A DNA stretch of 64,000 nucleotides from Candidatus Latescibacterota bacterium (GTDB lineage Bacteria > Latescibacterota > UBA2968 > GCA-2709665), in contig CBDDDZ010000005.1 in NCBI GenBank assembly GCA_965226795.1, positions 1,888,001 through 1,952,000 of the forward strand, written 5' to 3'. The translations under genes and the position numbers were made by a program. Under the pieces are notes generated by a model that was given only the letters and a program-made list of their open reading frames with translations, searched no databases and had not been told where the DNA came from. This document shows positions 31,221-39,267 of this stretch, piece after piece. Position 1 is the first letter of the stretch. Each line of letters opens with the position of its first letter.

Positions 31221-32015
31221 CCGCATGATATCCGGGTTCGATTGAAAAGCCTCCAGTATGTCCCCAATGCGGGTATGGAAGATTCTGGTGTAGCTCTCTC
31301 CCAAAAGCCGGTTCTTGAGTCCTACGTTTCCAACATAGCGCAGGTTCACCAGGCCTGCATTTGGCATATAACCATTGACCAGTGCTATCTTGTTCGCGTT
31401 GTCGCAGTCAGGAGGATCGGAACCGCCTCCCCATTTCGCCTTGACGCGACTGATGTCTTCCGAAGCAAGCGTATTGCGAAAGGTAGCGCTTTCCCCTTGT
31501 ATCATTGCGGTGCCGGACGTGTTACTATGATTTAACAGCGCACAATGACCAAACTCGTGCATCATGATCCTCACCAGGTAATAACCGCCGTCCGACGTCG
31601 GACCATCGTGCGAAAGGTTGTATCCATCGAGGTACCTTGAATAATCCAAGAATATGAGTCCGTCTTCGACTACCGTTGCTCCATTTTCCTCGTAGCCAGT
31701 TAAGACTGTTGCGGCCAACGCGTTTCCAGTAATACCCCACATTACTGTAATATGGTTAGGAGGTCCAGGTTGTAGTTCGAAGGAACAATGAAAGTTCCAA
31801 GCGGACGCGCCCTGGTATAGGCAACTGTCCAGATCCGCATCATTTGGCAAACCAAATTTCACGACGTAAAAAGGTGGACTAAATGCCCATGAATCATTAG
31901 GACCGATTTCTATCTGACCAGCGTGTAATCGCCCAACGGTTAGACCGATTACGATGATGGCGAAAGCCGCTTTGTGTACAATTCCATGCCTTCGTATAAA
32001 CCCGTCGACGAACAT
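31221..32015 (-). pseudogene. 5' part of an IS3-split secreted matrixin (M10-like) zinc metalloprotease
   Basis: Signal-like AAFAIIVIGL; GASAWN, GNALAAT, MHEFGHCALLNHS...TAM (HExxHxxxxxH plus Met-turn). Confidence 0.8.
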
Positions 32016-32050
32016 GGGCGCAGCCCTTTCTTGTGTCAGGGAGAATGCAA

Positions 32051-32956
32051 TTAGAACGTGGTTTGGAGATCCGTCAGAATGCTCGATTCAACTTCCTCTA
32101 AGGTGCGCGTCTTTCCTCGCCATTTCAACTTGCCGTCAACAATGGTTCGCTTGGCGTCGTCTACTCCCGCGACCTCATAGTAATCGCCGCCAGTATTCGT
32201 CACGTAAAAAAAGCCCGTACAGTTCGACATAGAATATACGACTGCCATATCGTGTCCGACAATCGGCGTTGCCGACAGATGCAAGAGGACCTCTTCCCCG
32301 ACCTCAAATTTGGGTTCACCAGAAGAGACTATAACGCTTCTCTCCGAAACCTTTCTACCTCGGACGAGCTTTACGTAAACCGTATTGAGTCCCGTGCCCT
32401 TGAGGTATCTGTCAACTTCGATAGCCACCTGGGTTCCGTATGCACACAGTTTTTCTTCCCTAGTGACTGACAAAACCCGTCCGATCACAATCAGATCCGT
32501 CATTATCAAGTTCCACTTCACGCTCCTTTTCGGTTCCTTCGCAAACCTATTCCTCATTGCTGAAACTGTCCAAAAGAAACGCTCCACTTGAATTTCTCGT
32601 GGTCCGATTTGTATCATCCTCTTTCCGATGGGACTTCGGCCTCTTTCTATCAGCATTTTGCGAATGTATTCATCCTCAAGAATCGAGTCTTTTCCGTCCG
32701 CAATGCCCTTTTCAAGCAACCCACTCAGCCATACCATTGCAGCCGAATCGTCCAAAGCCTTTTGTACCTGGCATTGCACATCCGTCGGTTCAACCGCAAG
32801 CCACATCACAAGAGCCGCCAATAGCAGGCGCTTTTTCCTACGCATCATCGGCATACCAAGAATCCTCCTGATCATCAAGTAAATACCCGCGACCACTCGC
32901 AAAATGATCTCGGATTGAACGACACTCACCATCGGAAAAGCTACGGAAAACCGCAT
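32051..32956 (-). CDS. Hypothetical secreted protein upstream of the protease (start uncertain)
   Basis: RRKKRLLLAALVMWLAV signal-like segment; DLIVIGRVLSV...IEVDRYLKG...GEPKFEVGEEVLLHL beta-rich domain. Confidence 0.65.
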   Translation of the reverse strand: MRFSVAFPMVSVVQSEIILRVVAGIYLMIRRILGMPMMRRKKRLLLAALVMWLAVEPTDVQCQVQKALDDSAAMVWLSGLLEKGIADGKDSILEDEYIRKMLIERGRSPIGKRMIQIGPREIQVERFFWTVSAMRNRFAKEPKRSVKWNLIMTDLIVIGRVLSVTREEKLCAYGTQVAIEVDRYLKGTGLNTVYVKLVRGRKVSERSVIVSSGEPKFEVGEEVLLHLSATPIVGHDMAVVYSMSNCTGFFYVTNTGGDYYEVAGVDDAKRTIVDGKLKWRGKTRTLEEVESSILTDLQTTF

Positions 32957-33694
32957 AGAATCAAACCTTCGGGTTGGCAGGATAACGCGTCAAATTCCAA
33001 AACGTTATTCGGCCAATAGACGCAACGGGATTCGTACGCGACACCCTGACACACGTATTCGCATGCCACCGCTGACTTGAAGTTGCATCACACTATCCCG
33101 ATGACGGTGATCGTGTGCGACGAGACCGGAGATTCCAAACGCCCTCGGTACTTGGCGTTAATTCGACAATATAAGCAGTCGACAATTCAGTAAACCCTAG
33201 AGAAAGGTGGCATTACGGTCGTTCAAATACGTCTTTTCTAAGTTTATAACCGGTGACTTCAACAATCTTCGACGTGCGGGACCAATTCGCCGTTGTGCTT
33301 CCGGCCAAATCCCAGTGAACATCAGCCAAATATGTGTAATTATGGTTAGTCAGAATCAAAACGTAACTTTCAGATCCGCAAGGAGGCTCGCCTCGACCGC
33401 TAGTCGTCAAATAAGCGAGTTTTGTTGTATGCTGAACAGGAAGGCCAATTTGTGTTACGGTTTTGTAGATAGCAATAAACTGGATTCTTGCGGGATATCC
33501 TGCTGACACTCTTGTGTATAACGATTTTTTTCAATTCCGAACGTCTACCCCGATGATTTACCAAACGAGAACCCAAATAGGAACTTTCACTACCATTCAC
33601 CACCACAAAAAAAGCACGCTTAAGACTACCTCCCGATGATTTCGGAATTTGGTTGACGTCCTCGAAGTTTGCCTGAAATCTTATGTACGCTAAC

Positions 33695-34262
33695 TCACCC
33701 ATCCACCGCCCCCACAAGGTTCACACCGAATTCCGCTCCGATTTCGCAGACCATCTGCCACGTCCGGTCGTCCACCTCGATGCCCTCCGTTGCGCGTCGC
33801 TCCGCCGTCCGGAACTCCGGCTCACCAGGGTCGAGGATCTCCTCGAATCCCGGTGCGAGGCGGCTGGATTTCACGTGGCGCATCAAGCCTTCCACTTCGT
33901 CGTAAAACGTCTCCAAATCTGTAAAGTGTTCGATATCGTAGGCATTGATCAGCACGCCGTTGCTGATCATCTCGCGGTCGCCCGCCGCGCACCCCTGGCC
34001 GCTTAGCGCCCCGCCCAATAGTTCGACCATAATGCTCAACCCGTATCCCTTGTGACCCGCTGCTCCCCCCAGCGGCAATATGGCGCCCGGTGGATCGTCC
34101 TTGAAGTCATTCGGCTCCAAGGTGGGCTCCTCCTTTCCGTCGACCAGCCATCCTTCGGGCACCTGGACGCCCTGGTTGATCGCCAACCGGACCTTGCCTT
34201 CGGCCACGACGGACGTCGTCATGTCCACGAGAATGGGATGCCCATCCCGCGATCGCGGCGCA
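33695..34262 (-). pseudogene. Duplicated 3' half of the Ldh_2-family dehydrogenase gene
   Basis: PILVDMTTSVVAEGKVR...GAILPLGGAAGHKGYGL...PGEPE; collinear with the full gene at an offset of 1869 bp; no 5' half. Confidence 0.9.
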
Positions 34263-34317
34263 GTAGATCGGCAGATTGCTCCAGGTCCGGACTGAAGCGC
34301 CCGAGTTGATCTAATTC

Positions 34318-34355
34318 AAACAGGACAACACACTACAATAGTGCATTGTCCTGTT
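34318..34355. other. Stem-loop between the Rpn gene and the Ldh fragment
   Basis: AACAGGACAA-ca-CACTA-caa-TAGTG-ca-TTGTCCTGTT. Confidence 0.45.
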
Positions 34356-34392
34356 GTCGCATTCTCCGCGAAGGGTATTCAGCGAATGGGTA

Positions 34393-34707
34393 TCAGGGCT
34401 GTTCCCGATCCAACAATTGTCCAAATTCCTCCGGACTGGATACCTGGACCGCCGTGCGAAGCAACGCTTTAAGGCGTTGGACGTTGTCAATCGTCTCAAT
34501 GCGAGCAGCCAGAGGATCCGGCGCAGGAAGACCGAATCGAGTCTCCAGTACGGCGAGGATACTCTCCCGGAGCCCTTGCTCAACGCCTCTTTCGATCCCT
34601 TGTTCAATACCTCTTTCGATCCCTCGCTCGATCCCTTTTTCGATGCCTTGCTCGATGCCCTGTCGGGTAAGGTATTGTGCAAAGGATGATTCGCGTATGA
34701 GGTCCAT
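34393..34707 (-). CDS. Putative internal in-frame small protein (RpnS-like, 104 aa)
   Basis: AAGGAGG (34719-34713) followed by GC-ATG-ATG inside the Rpn ORF. Confidence 0.6.
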   Translation of the reverse strand: MDLIRESSFAQYLTRQGIEQGIEKGIERGIERGIEQGIERGVEQGLRESILAVLETRFGLPAPDPLAARIETIDNVQRLKALLRTAVQVSSPEEFGQLLDREQP

Positions 34708-35346
34708 CATGCCCTCCTTCGAGACAATATCAGAAATGGTTTCCGGCGCGTACACCAACCCGCTCAGCAGCGACATACCGGCCAGGTAATCGGCTCTTGC
34801 CGGCATAGCCATTGACCGCGCATTGGCAGTGTGCATACAGTGGCGCAACCATGCCCGTGAAGTCATCCCTTGTGGCGGCCTCATCAAGGGAGCAAAGGCG
34901 ATCAGCCCCGCGTGTCCTGCATCGAGAATCTCTTGACCATGCAGTTCACTCAGCCGAATCACCCTGTACTGCACGTGCACCCGATGGACGGGATGCGACT
35001 GAAGATATTGACCCGGATCCCGTTTACCCGCATCGGGCCGCAGGTAGATGACGCTCGAGTAGACGGCCACGCCATGACGTTCAATGGCCCGCCCGATATA
35101 ACCGGCCATGCGTCGCGGCATGTCCGGATTCGTACTGTCGGTCGTTTGAAATTCGCTGTGGACCAATACCTCAAGGCCATCGACGCGGACGCGAATGAGG
35201 CTGTCGGCGCGGCTTGCCGAAACCGTGAGCTGCTCGGTGTCAATGACTTCAAGAACCTCAACGTCGTCCCGTCCCAGGGTGAAACCAGCGAAGTCGTGGG
35301 GATAGGATTGAATCAGGTGTTTGGAAACCGCATCGAATTGCGCCAT
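34393..35346 (-). CDS. Rpn/YhgA-like (PD-(D/E)XK) recombination-promoting nuclease family protein
   Basis: FDAVSKHLI, RADSL, HSEFQT, MPRRMAGY, SSVIYL, YRVIRL, C-terminal E(Q/R/K)G repeats and LETRFG. Confidence 0.85.
   Translation of the reverse strand: MAQFDAVSKHLIQSYPHDFAGFTLGRDDVEVLEVIDTEQLTVSASRADSLIRVRVDGLEVLVHSEFQTTDSTNPDMPRRMAGYIGRAIERHGVAVYSSVIYLRPDAGKRDPGQYLQSHPVHRVHVQYRVIRLSELHGQEILDAGHAGLIAFAPLMRPPQGMTSRAWLRHCMHTANARSMAMPARADYLAGMSLLSGLVYAPETISDIVSKEGMMDLIRESSFAQYLTRQGIEQGIEKGIERGIERGIEQGIERGVEQGLRESILAVLETRFGLPAPDPLAARIETIDNVQRLKALLRTAVQVSSPEEFGQLLDREQP
34573..34662 (-). repeat. 12-bp tandem repeats encoding (G-I/V-E-Q/R/K) x7
   Basis: QGIEQGIEKGIERGIERGIEQGIERGVEQG. Confidence 0.85.
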
Positions 35347-35563
35347 TCAGGATGCTCCGGGGAGAGGGACGGCTCCGCGTAAACAAGATACGGGATCGGG
35401 GCGGAAAGTCAATTGCATCCCACGAGTTTTCGGAAATCCGTAAACCGGGGCTGCCAGGCGGCCCGATTAGACCGATCATCAGCCGGCCGCATATGGGCGA
35501 TCATCAACCGCGGGGCACCAGCTCACACCGCTTATATTTGCCCTCGCCGGCCCCAAGACGAAC

Positions 35564-36625
35564 TCAACTCTCCCCCACCTCAGCCAGATCCACCCCAAAT
35601 TCCCCTCCGATTTCGCACACCATTTGCCACGTGCGGTCGTCCACCTCGATGCCCTCCGTTGCGCGGCGCTCCGCCGTCCGGAACTCCGGCTCTCCCGGGG
35701 CGAGGATCTCATCGAATCCCGGCGCGAGGCGGCTGGATTTCACGTGACGCATCAGCCCCTCCACTTTGTCGTAGAACGTCTCCAGATCCGTGAAGTGTTC
35801 GATATCGTAGGCATTGATCAATACGCCGTTGCTGATCATCTCCCGGTCGCCCGCCGCGCACCCCTGGCCGCTTAGCGCCCCGCCCAATAGTTCGACCATA
35901 ATGCTCAACCCGTATCCCTTGTGACCCGCTGCTCCCCCCAGCGGCAATATGGCGCCCGGTGGATCGTCCTTGAAATCGTTCGGTTCCGTTGTGGGCTGAC
36001 CCTTCGCGTCAATAAGCCACCCTTCAGGAACCTGCACGCCCTGGTTGATCGCCAACCGGACCTTGCCTTCGGCCACGACGGAGGTCGTCATATCCACGAG
36101 AATCGGATCGTGGTCACGGCGCGGCGCCGCGAATGCGATCGGATTCGTACTCAACCTGCCGTCAATGCCTCCAAATGGCGAAATCTGGTATCCCAACCGG
36201 CCCGCATTCACGAAAATCTGCCCGATCATCCCCGCCTTTGCGATCATTAACGGATACGCACCCACCCGCCCGATATGGCTCGTATTGCGCAGCACCACGG
36301 TAGCCACCCCGCTCCGGCGGGCTTTCTCCATCGCCAGCCGGGTCGCAAAAGTGGCCCCAACCTGTCCCATGGCGCCGCGGCCGTCCACGACGGCAGTACA
36401 AGCGCGTTCACTCACCACCTCCGGGGACGCATTCGGACTGAACCGGCCGTCCTGCACCGCCTTCGCATACTCGTAAAAGCGGATGGCGCCGTGGGAATCG
36501 TGCCCGTACAGATTGGAATCCACCAGATGGTCCACCACCGTCCGCGCATCCTCGTCGCTGCATCCTGCAGCCCGGAACAGCGTGCACCCCACCTCTCGCA
36601 ATACGTCGGGCTTGAATCTTGGCAC
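35564..36625 (-). CDS. Ldh_2 family (malate/lactate/sulfolactate) dehydrogenase
   Basis: LVDSNLYGHDSHG, HIGRVGAY, TNPIAFAAP, DMTTS, GHKGYGL, PGEPE; GTG 36625 with GGAAGGAG RBS. Confidence 0.92.
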   Translation of the reverse strand: MPRFKPDVLREVGCTLFRAAGCSDEDARTVVDHLVDSNLYGHDSHGAIRFYEYAKAVQDGRFSPNASPEVVSERACTAVVDGRGAMGQVGATFATRLAMEKARRSGVATVVLRNTSHIGRVGAYPLMIAKAGMIGQIFVNAGRLGYQISPFGGIDGRLSTNPIAFAAPRRDHDPILVDMTTSVVAEGKVRLAINQGVQVPEGWLIDAKGQPTTEPNDFKDDPPGAILPLGGAAGHKGYGLSIMVELLGGALSGQGCAAGDREMISNGVLINAYDIEHFTDLETFYDKVEGLMRHVKSSRLAPGFDEILAPGEPEFRTAERRATEGIEVDDRTWQMVCEIGGEFGVDLAEVGES

Positions 36626-36659
36626 GTTAACTCCTTCCGGCAAAAAGTATAAGGCCGCG

Positions 36660-37043
36660 CCGGGTGTGGGCATCCACACTCCGGTAGGCTTTGCTTACCG
36701 GTCCAAGACGGAAATAGTTGCCCCAGCCTACCAGCTTTCGGTTCAGGTGGGCAATCCGTTCTTGAAGGTCTTTCAGCAACCACCGTCGCGCTGTGGCCTC
36801 GCTGATGGCCCGACAGATGTGCCGGATGGCCTTCTTTGACGGGCGCGTGCCGATATAGGCCTTGCCCGTCTTTGGCGAGTAACAGCGACCGATGGTGTAG
36901 CCCAGAAAGTCAAATCGTCCTTCTGGAAGCGTGCATACGCTCGTCTTCTGCTCATTGACGGTCAACTTAAGCGCTTTCATGATGGATCGCATCACGCGCA
37001 TCGCTTCTTGTGCGGTGCCGCGACAGCAAATCACAAAATCGTC
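36660..37043 (-). pseudogene. Internal fragment of a group II intron reverse transcriptase/maturase
   Basis: DDFVICC...LKLTVNEQKT...FDFLGYTIGR...RPSKKAI...LNRKLVGWGNYF; begins at the DD of YADD and ends inside domain X. Confidence 0.85.
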
Positions 37044-37477
37044 CCGGCATCAGCGCCGAGCCCGGCATGTACGAGATATTCTACCTGCCTGCTGTGTTTC
37101 ACACGATACGGCCGAACGATAATCCTTTTCCCGACCAGGATCAAGCACAAAGCGATTCTATCGTCGCGGCTGAGGAAAACCGCACGGCAGATGACATGCC
37201 TGTCGGCTGGCGTCAGGCGCGCGCGGATCACCCATTTGAGTGACGACACGCCACCTGGCCACAGGTAAAGGCTTCTGCAACTTCCTAACCTGACCAATTC
37301 ATGAATTGTCACGGTTAGCTGCCTTAGTCGCCAATCAATCAACTCAACCTCCGCATAATGGCTTGTCGAGCCGTTTAGCAAGCGGGCGTGAAGGTGGGGC
37401 AGACATTCCTGTCTGCCGTTCTCAATGTCCGTCTCCCGGAACGCAGACAGAAGAAGGGCTTGCGCCGCCTTTATAGC

Positions 37478-37502
37478 GTAGGGGCGACCGGCCGGTCGCC
37501 CC
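37478..37502 (+). repeat. GTAG-type REP palindrome
   Basis: GTAGGGGCGACCGGCCGGTCGCCCC. Confidence 0.75.
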
Positions 37503-37512
37503 CTTCACGCAT

Positions 37513-37710
37513 TCAGGCTTTTGAGGGATCTTCCCACTCGGTGTCAGTCCACGGTTCGGGGTGTCCCTTGAGCCAAAGCTTACGCGCTGCCTTAAAGGCG
37601 CGGCGTTTGTCCCGAGGGATCGCGTCAGCGAGGCGAAACGTGATCCAATAGATAGCGCCGTCCTTCTTCCAGTGCGGGAGACGGCGGCGAGTCGTGGCGT
37701 GCCCGGACAC
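37513..37710 (-). pseudogene. N-terminal fragment of a REP-associated tyrosine transposase (RAYT)
   Basis: RRRLPHWKKDGAIYWITFRLADAIP; truncated before the HUH motif. Confidence 0.75.
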
Positions 37711-37866
37711 AGGATTCTGAGGTTTCGGTTTAATTTATGTGAGCAGACAGGAATGTCTGCTCCACCTTTTCAAGCTTTGGTTCGAGGTATCGATTGAGCG
37801 CGTGAACCATCTGAGACAAATCGCCTGTATTTGCTTCCACTTTCCGAAGCAGCAAGGTGTCACGTG

Positions 37867-38904
37867 TCAATCCCCGGATACCTCTCCGGTTGTTTGCATG
37901 TGCGTTTCGTACGTTTGTTTCCTGTATTGTACCGCGGTCATTCCGTGTTCCGACATGCGAAGCTGAAAATACTGACGTCCAATGCCGCTTTTTTCGGCTG
38001 CCCGGGACACATTTCCGCTCGTTTGGACGAGTGCCCTGTGCAGATACTCTTTTGTGAACCGGTCCATGCAGACCCTTCGGGCGTCCTTGTACGGCAAACT
38101 ATAGATGCCTCGGTCAGGTCTCATCTCCGCGTCTTGAACCTCGGAGGGCAGGTCGTCAGGCGTTATAACGTCTCCCTCGGTAAGCGCAAGAGTGCCTGCA
38201 ATGGTATGAGCGAGTTCCCTGATATTGCCCGGCCAGTCATAGCCCTCCAGCAAAGCGCCGGTTTCGAGAGAAATCCTGCAGCCTGTTTTTCCGACGTCAC
38301 CGAACTGACCCAGAAAGTGGGCGACCAGAAGCGGAATGTCGCTTCGACGTTCCCTCAGAGCCGGCAGATGCAGATGAATAACCCGGAGACGGTAATATAG
38401 ATCGTTTCGAAAACGCCCCGATTCGACACCCTGCTTCAGATCTCTGTTCGTCGCAGCGACCACCCGGACACCCGCCCTTTTCCAACGGTGATCGCCAACC
38501 GTCCGGTATTCGCCCTCCTGAATCAGGCGCAGCAACTGCCGCTGCAGCGGCTCATCGAGTTCACCCACTTCGTCGAAAAAGAGCGTTCCGCCCCGTGCGA
38601 CCCCTACCAGCCCCGGGCGGGACTCCGTGGCTCCGGTGAACGCCCCCCTGACATGCCCGAACAGTTCGCTCCGCCCCATTTCCTTCGCCAGCATACCGCA
38701 GTCCACAACCACAAATGGCGCGCCGGCACGGGGGCTGTGGTCGTGGACCTCGCGGGCGATGAGTTCCTTCCCGGTCCCGGACTCGCCGGTGATGAGAACG
38801 GGAAGTTCACTCTCTCCTGCGCGGCGCGCAAGCATTCGCACCGCGCAGAACGCGGGATGAACGCCCACCATCGGATCGTTCCTGCATCTGGACCGCTCAG
38901 TCAT
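37867..38904 (-). CDS. Sigma54 enhancer-binding protein lacking a sensory domain (AAA+ plus Fis HTH)
   Basis: GESGTGKE, SELFGHVRGAFTGA, LFFDEV, RVVAATN, FRNDLYYRL, WPGNIREL, GNVSRAA; only ~10 aa precede the AAA domain. Confidence 0.9.
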   Translation of the reverse strand: MTERSRCRNDPMVGVHPAFCAVRMLARRAGESELPVLITGESGTGKELIAREVHDHSPRAGAPFVVVDCGMLAKEMGRSELFGHVRGAFTGATESRPGLVGVARGGTLFFDEVGELDEPLQRQLLRLIQEGEYRTVGDHRWKRAGVRVVAATNRDLKQGVESGRFRNDLYYRLRVIHLHLPALRERRSDIPLLVAHFLGQFGDVGKTGCRISLETGALLEGYDWPGNIRELAHTIAGTLALTEGDVITPDDLPSEVQDAEMRPDRGIYSLPYKDARRVCMDRFTKEYLHRALVQTSGNVSRAAEKSGIGRQYFQLRMSEHGMTAVQYRKQTYETHMQTTGEVSGD

Positions 38905-39006
38905 ATTTCGGCACCGGGTCCGCCCGTCCGGACGTGTGAGGGGAAAATCGGTTTCAAATTACGGTATGCCGGCAATACTCGCGTACATGCTTTAAAGGTT
39001 CCATTC

Positions 39007-39022
39007 TGCAATTGTCGTACCT
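39007..39022 (-). promoter_or_regulatory. Sigma54 -24/-12 promoter
   Basis: Minus strand AGGTACGACAATTGCA = GG-N10-GC, near consensus TGGCACG-N4-TTGCA; ~100 bp upstream of ATG 38904. Confidence 0.75.
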
Positions 39023-39065
39023 GAAAATAAAAAAACGCCCTGATTTATCACAGACGCTTTAAAAA

Positions 39066-39078
39066 CAATGACTTGATT
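39066..39078 (-). promoter_or_regulatory. IHF binding site
   Basis: AATCAAGTCATTG matches WATCAANNNNTTR exactly, in AT-rich DNA between the palindromes and the promoter. Confidence 0.65.
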
Positions 39079-39121
39079 ATTCACCCTTAAAGCGTAATCA
39101 ACCGGAGTTCGTCCTTTCGGG

Positions 39122-39267
39122 TGTTTACTCACGTCGACGCCCACTTTACCGGGAAGAACGACATCACGGAGCGCACGCGTAACCTGTTGATACCAATGAG
39201 GAAATCGACTGTCAACGCGAGTTGACATGAGTCTTGAATACTGCCCGCCTGTCAACCGGCGTCAACA
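39122..39267. promoter_or_regulatory. Three TGTCAAC-N4-GTTGACA-like palindromes (putative enhancer/UAS)
   Basis: TGTCAACgcgaGTTGACA 39210-39227 (perfect), TGTCAACcggcGTCAACA 39250-39267, TGTTTACtcacGTCGACG 39122-39139. Confidence 0.65.

Larger units (their letters stand above)
37391..37768. mobile_element. Decayed RAYT unit bounded by 26-bp inverted REP sequences
   Basis: AAGGTGGGGCAGACATTCCTGTCTGC (37391-37416) and GCAGACAGGAATGTCTGCTCCACCTT (37743-37768), 25/26. Confidence 0.75.

Noticed and set aside
33050..33070. Sigma54 promoter for the low-GC operon (TGGCATGCGAATACG, minus strand)
   Set aside because: -24 element is good but the -12 GC is absent.
33200..33690. Short ORFs 33213-33509, 33207-33506, 33400-33717
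   Set aside because: No recognisable motif and conflicting frames; possibly a decayed gene but unsupported.
34318..34355. Integron attC site (AAC...GTT hairpin)
   Set aside because: Only ~38 bp, poor RYYYAAC/GTTRRRY boxes, single copy, no IntI in the window.
34573..34662. CRISPR or non-coding tandem array
   Set aside because: In-frame coding repeats typical of Rpn C-termini.
33695..37043. Diversity-generating retroelement (RT next to a duplicated gene 3' end)
   Set aside because: The RT is a truncated group II intron type lacking an intact YADD. Differences between the Ldh copies are mostly synonymous and not adenine-specific, and the target is a metabolic enzyme.
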